Source of the DNA: an uncultured Acidobacteriaceae bacterium
GTDB lineage: Bacteria; Acidobacteriota; Terriglobia; Terriglobales; Acidobacteriaceae
DNA: 64,000 bases
Direction: 5' to 3'
Assembly (NCBI GenBank): GCA_963721155.1
Contig: CAVRID010000017.1
Span: forward strand, 863-64,862
The position numbers were made by a program, and so were the translations under genes. Position 1 is the first letter of the stretch; each line of letters starts with the position of its first letter. This document shows, in pieces, positions 55,532-64,000 of the stretch. The notes beneath the pieces were generated by a model. That model made no database searches. It worked only from the letters and a program-made list of their open reading frames with translations, and was not told the origin of the DNA.

Positions 55532-57468
55532 TCCAGCTTTCTTCCGCAGGGAAACGCTTCGGTCCCAAACTTCTCTTCAATGAACTTGATTGGCTCATCA
55601 CCCCGCGCGATCGCGTAGGTTTAGTGGGCGCCAACGGCACTGGCAAATCAACCCTGCTAAAGATCCTGGGCGGCATTGAGTCCCTCGACTACGGCACTGT
55701 CACCCCTGCCAAGAACATGACGTTCGGCTATCTGCCACAGGATGGGCTGCAGCTTTCCGGCCGCACCGTGTTCGACGAATGCATGTCGGTGTTCAGCGAT
55801 CTGCGTTCGCTGGAGCAGGAGATGGAAGAACTTGCCCACAAGATGGGCGAACTGGACCACACCTCCAGCGAATACGCGCAGGTTGCGGACCGCTACCAGC
55901 GCATCACTGGAGAGTTTCGCGTGCGCGACGGTTATGCCTTGGATTCGCAGGTGGGCACTGTGCTGGACGGTCTTGGCTTCCGCAAGGAAGACTGGACGCG
56001 GCAGACGGAAGAATTTTCCGGCGGCTGGCAGATGCGAATCGCGCTGGCCAAACTCCTGCTGGCCAAGCCCAACCTGCTGCTGCTCGATGAGCCCACCAAT
56101 CATCTCGATCTTGAAACCCGCAACTGGCTGGAACAATACCTCCTGCAATATCCGTATGCGTATCTGCTGATTTCGCACGACCGCTACTTCCTGGATGTAA
56201 CCGTGGATCGCATTGTCGAGATATGGAACAAGCGGGTGCAGTTCTATAGCGGAAATTACGAAAAGTATTTACAGCAGAAACAGGAGCACCGCGACTCGCT
56301 GGTCGCTGCCTACAAGAACCAGCGCGAACGCATCGAGCAGCTTGAGGCTTTCATTAATCGCTTTCGCGCCCAGGCCACTAAAGCGAAACAAGTGCAAAGC
56401 CGCATCAAGGAACTGGAGAAAATCGATCGCATCGAGATTCCACCCGACGAAAAAACCATTCACTTCAGCTTTCCCCAGCCCAAGCCCAGCGGCCGGTCGG
56501 TCGTGGAGTGCGCAGGCGTGGCGAAAAGCTATGGCGAAAAGGAAGTTTTTCGCGACGTGGACTTTACGATCCAACGCGGAGATCGCATCGCGCTGGTCGG
56601 AGTCAACGGGGCAGGCAAATCGACGCTGATCAAACTTCTCGCCGGTATTGAACCGCTCACTGCAGGCGCACTACAGCTCGGTCATAACGTAGAAGCTGAC
56701 TATTTTGCGCAGGACCAGTACAAGGAACTCGATCCTACGCGACGCATGCTTGACGATCTCTCCGATGTAGCGCCGCAGAAGTCGATGACCGAATTGCGCG
56801 GCGTTCTCGGCTGCTTCCTCTTCTCCGAAGACGACGTGTTCAAGCCAATTGGTGTGCTTTCGGGCGGCGAACGCAACCGCTACGCACTGGCGCGCATGCT
56901 GCTACATCCCTCGAACTTTCTGCTACTCGACGAGCCCACCAACCATCTCGACCTGCGCGCCAAAGACGTGCTGCTGGAGTCACTGGAGAAATACAACGGT
57001 ACGGTAGTTTTTGTTTCGCACGATCGATACTTCATCGACAAGCTAGCTACGCGCGTCTTCGAAATCGGAGATGGGCACGTCGAGGTTTTTCCTGGCAATT
57101 ATGAAGACTATCTCTGGCGCAAGCAGCGAGTCAGCGCAGGAGATGATGCTGCGGCAGTGGCGAATGGAGGCAGTGGCTGGACTCCTACGTTGTCGGATGT
57201 TCCCGGATATGAGGAGCAGAAGCCGGCGTCCCGGAAGCGTGTCAATCCGATCAAGCGCAAGCAAATGGAAGAGCGATGCAAGCAGGTTGAAGACGAAATC
57301 GCGCACTTGGAAAGTGGTATCGCCGAGTGCGAGCGCGAGTTGCAATCATTTGTAAATGCTGAGGAGACGGCGCGCTGGACGGATTTGCTGGCCAAACGCC
57401 GCGCGGATCTCGAACCGCTGATGGCCGAGTGGGAAGAGCTCTCACAAGAACTGCAACCCAGTCAATAG
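55528..57468 (+). CDS. ABC-F family ATPase (two ABC cassettes, no TM domain; YheS/Uup/EttA class)
   Basis: Two Walker A motifs ('GANGTGKST', 'GVNGAGKST') and two signature motifs ('LSGGWQMR', 'LSGGERNR') are present, with a C-terminal coiled-coil. Confidence 0.9.
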   Translation: MIQLSSAGKRFGPKLLFNELDWLITPRDRVGLVGANGTGKSTLLKILGGIESLDYGTVTPAKNMTFGYLPQDGLQLSGRTVFDECMSVFSDLRSLEQEMEELAHKMGELDHTSSEYAQVADRYQRITGEFRVRDGYALDSQVGTVLDGLGFRKEDWTRQTEEFSGGWQMRIALAKLLLAKPNLLLLDEPTNHLDLETRNWLEQYLLQYPYAYLLISHDRYFLDVTVDRIVEIWNKRVQFYSGNYEKYLQQKQEHRDSLVAAYKNQRERIEQLEAFINRFRAQATKAKQVQSRIKELEKIDRIEIPPDEKTIHFSFPQPKPSGRSVVECAGVAKSYGEKEVFRDVDFTIQRGDRIALVGVNGAGKSTLIKLLAGIEPLTAGALQLGHNVEADYFAQDQYKELDPTRRMLDDLSDVAPQKSMTELRGVLGCFLFSEDDVFKPIGVLSGGERNRYALARMLLHPSNFLLLDEPTNHLDLRAKDVLLESLEKYNGTVVFVSHDRYFIDKLATRVFEIGDGHVEVFPGNYEDYLWRKQRVSAGDDAAAVANGGSGWTPTLSDVPGYEEQKPASRKRVNPIKRKQMEERCKQVEDEIAHLESGIAECERELQSFVNAEETARWTDLLAKRRADLEPLMAEWEELSQELQPSQ

Positions 57469-57677
57469 CAGAACGTGGGCATCTCTACTCCGGGGTTTCA
57501 CTTCGGCATTGCCCTCCTTTGAAGACGGCGTTTGCGCGCGCACTGATAGAATCCTGCTATGGGTATTTCGCGACCTGTTGTGCGCAGAATAGGCGGGCGA
57601 GATCGAACTCTGTCGAGGGAGAAAGTGTGCCAGGGTCGATTCCATTCGCAGGATAGGCACTGGACCGGGTCCTTACC

Positions 57678-58010
57678 ATGAGTTCTTTCACACAGGAGCC
57701 GCAGGATGGGAATCGGGAGCCCAACCGACCCGTGCTGGTGATGTCGTCGCCCCTGCCTCAGAAGCGGCCGCATATCTGGCTGCAGCGTATTTGGTTGGTA
57801 GTGTTTGTGCTGTTCTGTCTGGAAGTGGGCATAATCCTCACAGTCCTTCCCTGGACGCGAATTTGGGCGGACAACTCTCTTCTGCTCGGTCACCTGCGAA
57901 TCCGGGAGTTCCTGATGCAGGATTTCGTGCGTGGCTTGGTCAGTGGGCTAGGATTGGTCGACATCTGGATGGGAATCGCCGAGGCGGTCCGCTATCGCGA
58001 AGCTTCCTGA
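57678..58010 (+). CDS. Small hypothetical membrane protein
   Basis: 110 aa with the TM helix 'IWLVVFVLFCLEVGIILTVLPW'. Confidence 0.4.
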   Translation: MSSFTQEPQDGNREPNRPVLVMSSPLPQKRPHIWLQRIWLVVFVLFCLEVGIILTVLPWTRIWADNSLLLGHLRIREFLMQDFVRGLVSGLGLVDIWMGIAEAVRYREAS

Positions 58011-58096
58011 CGTGCACCCCCCTAACGCAGCCTTCGTGCTTTTCGCATCCAAGATGCATCTTCTGGAAATTCTCGATGAACTGAGATAGCAATTCC

Positions 58097-58990
58097 ATGA
58101 CTGACAAGACCGAAGAACATCTTCGCCACAATCGCGCCCCACTGGCCTACGAGAACAAGAAATTTCTCAACGGGCCGGAAGGACGCATCCTGCGCATCCT
58201 TGCCGAATATCAAGAGCCGCTGTCGCGCTTTCGTCGGGAACGCATCCAAGACACCATCGTGTTCTTTGGCTCAGCACGCTTTCATAGCCGCTCGCAAGCG
58301 GAAGAGGCCCTGCAGCTGCTGGACAAGCCGGGCTCAGCAACCCTGGCTCCTGAGGAGGAGCAGCTGCGAATTCGTCGTGCGCAGGCCGATGTCCGAATGG
58401 CGCGTTATTACGAAGACGCCCGCAAGCTGGCTTTCCTGGTGACTCAGTGGACGAAGACCATCAACCAACCGCGGCATCGCTTCGTCATTACCACCGGCGG
58501 TGGACCGGGAATTATGGAAGCTGCCAATCTGGGCGCTTCCGAAGCAGGTGGCAAGACGATAGGACTTAACATTCATCTGCCGTTCGAGCAGATGCCCAAT
58601 CCGTACATCTCGCCAGAGCTGAATTTCGAGTTCCACTACTTTTTCATGCGCAAGCTGTGGTTCGCTTACCTGTCAAAGGCGCTGGTTGTATTTCCTGGAG
58701 GGTTCGGCACCTTCGACGAGCTGTTCGAGTTGCTGACCCTCGCCCAGACTGAAAAACTGGCCAAGCGCATTTGCATTGTGGTGTATGGCAAAGATTATTG
58801 GGACCGGGTGATCAACTTCCAGGCGCTGGTGGACGCCGGCACCATCTCTCCAAAGGACCTGGAGTTGTTTCACTGGGCCAATACGCCCGAGGAAGCCTTC
58901 GAATGCCTGCGGCAGGACCTGACCACGCATCACATGGATCAGTGGAACGCACGTGAGAAGGAACCCGAGATCGCCAAGACCAGACCGTAG
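58097..58990 (+). CDS. LOG family (TIGR00730) nucleotide 5'-monophosphate nucleosidase-like protein
   Basis: 'TTGGGPGIMEAANLGA' and 'FPGGFGTFDELFE' carry the PGGxGTxxE LOG motif. Confidence 0.85.
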   Translation: MTDKTEEHLRHNRAPLAYENKKFLNGPEGRILRILAEYQEPLSRFRRERIQDTIVFFGSARFHSRSQAEEALQLLDKPGSATLAPEEEQLRIRRAQADVRMARYYEDARKLAFLVTQWTKTINQPRHRFVITTGGGPGIMEAANLGASEAGGKTIGLNIHLPFEQMPNPYISPELNFEFHYFFMRKLWFAYLSKALVVFPGGFGTFDELFELLTLAQTEKLAKRICIVVYGKDYWDRVINFQALVDAGTISPKDLELFHWANTPEEAFECLRQDLTTHHMDQWNAREKEPEIAKTRP

Positions 58991-58994
58991 AAGG

Positions 58995-59057
58995 CCAGTT
59001 GTCAGTTGTCAGTAGTCGGTAGTCAGTAGTCGGTAGTCAGTAGTCAGTAGTCAGTTA
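58995..59057. repeat. Heptanucleotide tandem repeat (TCRGTWG)x9
   Basis: CCAGTTG TCAGTTG TCAGTAG TCGGTAG TCAGTAG TCGGTAG TCAGTAG TCAGTAG TCAGTTA begins 5 nt after the stop at 58988-90. Confidence 0.85.
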
Positions 59058-59290
59058 TTACTCACCGGTGTCCCCTCCAACAAACACATTGATGCGATCT
59101 TTTGACCAAAACGTCCTTAGCACTGACCGATCGCCGTTCCGTTCTGGAGTCCGAGCGGAACCTTGACCATAACTGACAACTGGCTACTGGCACCGACAAC
59201 TAGCGCTTTCGTGCCTGTCGATTTCTTCACTGGCGCCTGGCACTTTCGGTGCTCGCGCGATTTTGCTATACAGCGTAAACTGTTGCCCGA

Positions 59291-60073
59291 ATGTCATTAA
59301 CACTAGAGGTCGCTGGCCGCAGCGATGTAGGACGGGTGCGCCCGTCCAACGAAGACAATTTCGGCTACGATCAGCGGCTGGGCATTTTTGTGGTATGCGA
59401 CGGCATGGGTGGCCATGCCGCGGGGGAAGTTGCCAGCCAAATTGCGGTGGATACCATGCTGAGCTACTTTCGCGAGCACGCGCCTAAAGTCGAACAGAAC
59501 GCTTTCCTGGACGATGCCCCAGTCGGCGCACGCCTGCTCGCAGAAGCCGTGAAGAAGGCCAACGATGCAATTCTGGATTATGCCGAAGAGCACAAGAACA
59601 CCAGCGGAATGGGGACAACACTGGTGGCGGCACGCTTCTCGGACGGCGTTTTCAGTATTGCTAACGTCGGCGACAGCCGCATCTACCTGTTTCGCGAAGG
59701 GCAATTACTGCAATTGACCGAGGACCACTCTCTGGTAATGGAGCAGGTCCGCCGTGGCATGCTCACGTTGGAGGAAGCCAAGCGCTCATCGGCCCAGAAC
59801 ATCATCACCCGCGCGTTGGGAACCGACGAAAGCACGCTTCCCGATCTTGGAGAGTTTCCGGCACAGGATGGAGACGTCCTGCTGCTGACAACCGACGGCG
59901 TACTGCGTCACGTCGCCGACCAGGAAATGAGCAACATCCTGCTGCAAATCCCGTCGCTGGACGCTGCTTGTCAAACCCTGATCGACGCGGCCAATGAAGG
60001 CGGGGGAGAAGACAACGCCACTTGTGTCCTTGTCCGCGTGCGAAATGGAAAGCCTGGCGAAGAAGACGCTTAG
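59291..60073 (+). CDS. PP2C-family Ser/Thr protein phosphatase (Stp1-like)
   Basis: Motifs include 'RPSNEDNF', 'VCDGMGGHAAGEVAS', 'GTTLV' and 'LLTTDGV...GGEDNATCVLV'. Confidence 0.9.
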   Translation: MSLTLEVAGRSDVGRVRPSNEDNFGYDQRLGIFVVCDGMGGHAAGEVASQIAVDTMLSYFREHAPKVEQNAFLDDAPVGARLLAEAVKKANDAILDYAEEHKNTSGMGTTLVAARFSDGVFSIANVGDSRIYLFREGQLLQLTEDHSLVMEQVRRGMLTLEEAKRSSAQNIITRALGTDESTLPDLGEFPAQDGDVLLLTTDGVLRHVADQEMSNILLQIPSLDAACQTLIDAANEGGGEDNATCVLVRVRNGKPGEEDA

Positions 60074-60148
60074 AGCCCGCCCGTAAGAGCTGTCTCCGGC
60101 GTCCTTATGAGCGGAAATGTTGCGGCCCGGGTCAGGAGGTGCCCGTAG

Positions 60149-61639
60149 ATGCAGCGAGAATTGTCGCGCCGTAAGTTCTTGTCTACTTCAGTCGGTGCTG
60201 TCGTCGGAAGTGCAATGCTCCCGCATTGCAGCTTCGCCAATGTAACTTATTTTCTTCCGCAGGTTTCGCCGCAAGAAAAGCCCGCTTCCCCACCCACAGC
60301 GATCCAAGCCACGAAACGCACGCTGGATATTAACGGCAAAGCAGCCAGCGTAATGGGACTGTTACAACCCAATGGTACCCAAGGTATGAGCTGTGTCGTG
60401 AACGATCCCTTTGCGGTGATACTCGAAAATAAATTGTCGGTGCCGACTGCGATCCACTGGCACGGCCTGCACCCGCCAAATAATGAAGATGGCGTTCCCG
60501 GGGTCACGCAACCCCCCATACGTCCCGGCGCCAGCGTCTTCTACAACTTCCCCATTCAACCCGCGGGCACGCATTGGATGCATTCGCATCAGGGATTGCA
60601 GGAAGCTTTATTGCTGGCGGCGCCGTTAATTGTGCACGACCCAGCGGATCGCGTTCGCGACGAGCAAGAGGTTGTCGTGTTTCTGTCGGACTTCAGTTTC
60701 ACACCGCCCGAGGAAATCTACAGCAACCTTCGGCAGGGGCAGAAAGGCATATCGGTCGTCGGCCAACGACAGAGTCCTCAAAGCATGGACAACATGAAGG
60801 CAGGCGCTAAGCCGGATGCGAATGACGTGAACTACGATGCTTACCTGGCGAACGACCGCACCCTCAATGATCCTGAGGTAGTGAAGGTCGAGAAGGGTGG
60901 GCGGGTCCGTTTGCGGATTATCAACGGCAGTAGCGGCACGAACTTCTTCATCGATTTAGGATCACTGCGTGGCGAAGTGATCGCGACCGATGGAATGCCG
61001 GTAAGGCCTTTTCAGGGTGGTCGCTTCCCGATTGCCATCGCGCAGCGTCTCGACATAGTCATAAATCTGCCAAGTGATGGAGGCGCATTCCCCATCCTGG
61101 TTTTACGTGAACTGGCGGTGGAACAAACCGGCATCGTGCTGGCTACTCCCGGCGCCACGGTGCCGCGCCTGCCGGTTAAGGGAGCAACTCCCACTGGACT
61201 GCTCACCTTGGATATGGAACGAAAGCTCTCTGCGGTGAATCCGCTGAACTCGAGGCCCGCCGATACGACCAGCCTCCTGCGCCTGCAAGGCAACATGAGC
61301 CGCTACGAATGGCTTATTAATGACATCGCATTCAACGTGGCCAATCCAGCCAGCGAAAAAGCGCAAGTGCATGTGAAGTGGGGGCAGCGGGTGGCACTCA
61401 AATTTGTCAATGAAACACCTATGTCTCATCCTATGCACCTTCACGGACACTCTTTTGAGGTGGTCGCCATCAACGATAGCCGTTTCACTGGAGCGCTAAG
61501 AGACACGGTGTTAGTCCCCGGTCTAACGAGTGTCACGGTGGAATTCGACGCCAACAATCCTGGGTTGTGGTACGTCCACTGTCATGTTCTGTGGCACCTG
61601 GACGCCGGTATGGCAACTCTTGTGCAGTACGAGGCATAG
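60149..61639 (+). CDS. Three-domain multicopper oxidase (CopA/CueO-like) with a Tat signal
   Basis: 'RRKFLST' is a twin-arginine motif. Cu motifs are 'HWHGL', 'HWMHSHQG', 'HPMHLHGH' and 'HCHVLWHLDAGM'. Confidence 0.9.
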   Translation: MQRELSRRKFLSTSVGAVVGSAMLPHCSFANVTYFLPQVSPQEKPASPPTAIQATKRTLDINGKAASVMGLLQPNGTQGMSCVVNDPFAVILENKLSVPTAIHWHGLHPPNNEDGVPGVTQPPIRPGASVFYNFPIQPAGTHWMHSHQGLQEALLLAAPLIVHDPADRVRDEQEVVVFLSDFSFTPPEEIYSNLRQGQKGISVVGQRQSPQSMDNMKAGAKPDANDVNYDAYLANDRTLNDPEVVKVEKGGRVRLRIINGSSGTNFFIDLGSLRGEVIATDGMPVRPFQGGRFPIAIAQRLDIVINLPSDGGAFPILVLRELAVEQTGIVLATPGATVPRLPVKGATPTGLLTLDMERKLSAVNPLNSRPADTTSLLRLQGNMSRYEWLINDIAFNVANPASEKAQVHVKWGQRVALKFVNETPMSHPMHLHGHSFEVVAINDSRFTGALRDTVLVPGLTSVTVEFDANNPGLWYVHCHVLWHLDAGMATLVQYEA

Positions 61640-61660
61640 CAGCAGGCGGTCAGACCTTCT

Positions 61661-63106
61661 GTGAATCGTTCCCATCCGATTCGTCGCGCAACTAGGGCCT
61701 TACTATCCGCGGGAGTAGGGATAGTGCTGCTAACAGGGTTGTCCAACTACGCCTTATCTCAGCCAGTATTCCTTGACCTCTCTACGGATGCCCAAAACGC
61801 CAACTCCCCGGATGGGAGCTCGCAATCGCAGAGTCCTTCTTCCGCGCAAGCACCCACCCAACCTCCGCCCACTCCTCCCAAGCCACGCAGGCTCGATTGT
61901 CAGCACCCCGCCGATCCGCACCGCCGCCACATTGGTTGCAAGGACGAAGAAGTCGATTGGGACGAAACTCTGTCGAAGGGTTGGAATGGCATTCGCTCTG
62001 AAATGCGACGGCTGGGACTTACGCCAGCATTGTCGTACACGGGCGTCCTGCAGACCAATGCGACCGGCGGTCCCCATCAGATTTGGGGTTACGCCGGTCA
62101 ACTGGCTGGCGGTCTCGATATCAGCCTGGAGAAACTGCTCAAGGTCCGTGGAATGTCCGTGTACGTGGGAGCTTCATGGGGTACGGGCGATAACTTGAGC
62201 GGTCCTCTGCACAACCTATTTCCGGTGAATTCGCTCTACGCGCCCACCTATTACCTGGGAGAGATGTACCTGCAACAGACGCTGCTCAACAAGAACCTCA
62301 CTTTGGTTGGAGGTCGTTTGGGAGCGGCGAACACTTTTGCCACTCTTCCCGTGTTCGTCAACTATGTGAACTACGGGATCGATCCCAATCCGTATCCGCT
62401 TGGCGCGAACGACATCAGCTTCTTTAGTCCACCGTCTGGGACCGAGTGGGGCGCGCAGGCGATCTATGATGTCACCCCAGTGATCCAAATATCCGCCGGA
62501 CTCTTTAACACCAACGTTAACTCGGCGAATGGCGCCAACCACGGAACGGATTTTGCTCTGCAACAGGGAAACAAGGGCGCGCTGGTGACCGCCGAAGTCA
62601 GCTACTTCCCGCACCAAATAGAGAAAGACCAGGGCAAGCAAGGTGAGTACACGTTGGGCTTTCTAACCGACAACAATCCGTTGCCGCCGCTTGCCAGCGG
62701 CAAAGCTCAGAGCGGTGGATACTCCGGGGTGTTTGCTCTGGGTCAAGAGATGGTTTATCAGCCTAGCGGCCCCGGCAGCTCACGCGGACTCACTGTCTGG
62801 GGCAGCTGGGCGTACAACTCCAAGCCCGTTGTCAGTCCCATACCTTCATTCTGGGGAGCTGGCGCGAGTTACGAAGGGCTCATTCCGGCACGCAAGAGGG
62901 ATGTCGTTTCGGCGGGCTGGATTTACGGACGTGTCAGTAACTTCATCCCCGGCACCACCGCGGAGCAGGTGTTGGAAGTGAACTACCAATGGAAGTACCG
63001 CAGCGTACTGGTCGTCACCCCTGACTTCCAGTACATCTGGAAGCCAGGCGGATACAATGCACCCGGGATTGCAGTTGCCGGCATTCAGGCGGCCGTCACG
63101 TTCTGA
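61661..63106 (+). CDS. OprB-family (carbohydrate-selective-type) outer-membrane porin with a Pro/Ser-rich N-terminal linker
   Basis: It has a GTG start and a signal peptide. 'TPDFQYIWKPGG' is the OprB signature, and the C-terminus ends in Phe. Confidence 0.7.
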   Translation: MNRSHPIRRATRALLSAGVGIVLLTGLSNYALSQPVFLDLSTDAQNANSPDGSSQSQSPSSAQAPTQPPPTPPKPRRLDCQHPADPHRRHIGCKDEEVDWDETLSKGWNGIRSEMRRLGLTPALSYTGVLQTNATGGPHQIWGYAGQLAGGLDISLEKLLKVRGMSVYVGASWGTGDNLSGPLHNLFPVNSLYAPTYYLGEMYLQQTLLNKNLTLVGGRLGAANTFATLPVFVNYVNYGIDPNPYPLGANDISFFSPPSGTEWGAQAIYDVTPVIQISAGLFNTNVNSANGANHGTDFALQQGNKGALVTAEVSYFPHQIEKDQGKQGEYTLGFLTDNNPLPPLASGKAQSGGYSGVFALGQEMVYQPSGPGSSRGLTVWGSWAYNSKPVVSPIPSFWGAGASYEGLIPARKRDVVSAGWIYGRVSNFIPGTTAEQVLEVNYQWKYRSVLVVTPDFQYIWKPGGYNAPGIAVAGIQAAVTF

Positions 63107-63201
63107 CTAGTGTGTTTATCGAGCGCAAAAGTTGCATACGAGCGGAACTGGCTTGGGCTGGCTTGAGGGAAATCGCGCCGGATTCGGATAACAACACCGC
63201 T

Positions 63202-64000
63202 CTAGGTCCAGCGAAACCAGCGTAGCGCGAGGAAGAACGACACACCGCCCCAGATTGCCAAGATGGCGATTCTGCTGGCTTGCGAGTTAAGCGTGGCGCC
63301 TTGCAGAATGATGGCACGTAGCGCGTCGTTGAGCGCCGTCAGTGGTAGAGCTTTGATCGCCGGCTGTACGATCTGCGGAAAGCGCTCGTAGGAGAAGAAC
63401 ACTCCGGAGAAGATCCACATCGGCATCATGACCAGGTTAATAAGTCCGCTCACGCTCTCGATCTTTTGCGCGCGGCTGGCAGTCAGCAATCCGATGCCAC
63501 CGAACGAAACCGCACCGAGCCCTCCGATCAGAAGGATCGCCAGCAGCGAGCCTCCACTCGCATGTGAAAAACCAGCACCCCAAACCCAAGCAGCAGTGCC
63601 ACTTCGATCAGCATAAGCACCAGGCGGCTGCTGCCGAGCGCCAGAAGAAAATCGGTGCGGCGCATTGGCGAAGCAACGAAACGCTTCAGCAACTTGCGCT
63701 GGCGCATGTCCACTACGGCAAAGCCGATGCCCCACATGCCTGAGTTCATCAAGTTCATGCCGAGCAGTCCGGGGACCAGAAAATCAATGTAGCGTGCGCC
63801 CGGCTCGCTGGACTGCGTGGCATCTGTCTTGACTGGACTGCTGCGGCCGGCTGCAGTTTGTAGCGCGTCGTCCACTTGGGTGCGAGCCAAGACACTCTCG
63901 GGCCGGGCCGGATCATAGCGATAATGCACTCCGTTATCGTCCGCGGTTACGACGAGGGCATACTTGCCCAAACGAAACTGATCCAAGGCAACCGTGCTGT
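63202..64000 (-). pseudogene. ABC-2 type transporter permease, interrupted by a 1-nt frameshift (or sequencing error). The 5' end lies beyond the window.
   Basis: The N-part runs in one frame ('...ALLLGFGVLVFHMRVE') and the C-part in another ('GGSLLAILLIGGLGAVSF...PLTALNDALR...LRWFRWT'). The frame switch is at ~63550-63558. Confidence 0.6.

Noticed and set aside
58995-59057. Possible CRISPR array
   Set aside because: The repeat unit is only 7 nt and the units are contiguous without spacers. No cas genes are present. It is a heptamer tandem repeat, not CRISPR.

Overview
This 64-kb chromosomal window is most consistent with an Acidobacteriota (Terriglobia-like) genome. It is moderately GC-rich, has many long antisense ORF artefacts, and carries a tandem nadA-motif leader. 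No rRNA or CRISPR was seen, and there is one tRNA.

Layout:
(1) 1-17.8 kb holds exopolysaccharide-type glycosyltransferase genes. Embedded among them is a copper module: a giant 1795-aa secreted multicopper oxidase, a YVTN beta-propeller, a cytochrome c/solute-binding fusion and SCO1/SenC.
(2) 18-29 kb holds an MFS transporter, an FMN reductase and an ATP-grasp protein. It continues with an internally duplicated unknown protein, two SsuD-like LLM monooxygenases, a DHQase-like/shikimate dehydrogenase fusion, an acyl-CoA-dehydrogenase-family flavoprotein and a polytopic membrane protein.
(3) 29.1-45.9 kb is the main candidate novel system, a tight 11-gene co-directional cluster. It encodes VioB/StaD/RebD-like (iminophenyl-pyruvate dimer synthase-like) enzymes split into separate genes: three paralogous N-modules and two ferritin-like C-modules. 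These are interleaved with two signal-less PQQ-like beta-propellers, a GAF protein, a TonB-dependent receptor, an MntP-like membrane protein and an SGDH-like propeller with an extra C-terminal domain. None of the canonical bisindole pathway partners is present.
(4) 45.9-48.2 kb holds gene fragments, a tyrosine integrase and tRNA-Asn, which looks like an integration-hotspot scar.
(5) 48.2-64 kb is housekeeping-like: prolyl oligopeptidase, aldehyde dehydrogenase, NAD+-I riboswitch plus nadA, ABC-F, LOG and PP2C. It also holds a Tat-type multicopper oxidase with an OprB-like porin and a frameshifted ABC-2 permease. Three heptanucleotide tandem-repeat arrays sit directly after stop codons in this section.

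All functional calls come from motif recognition by eye. No database search was run.
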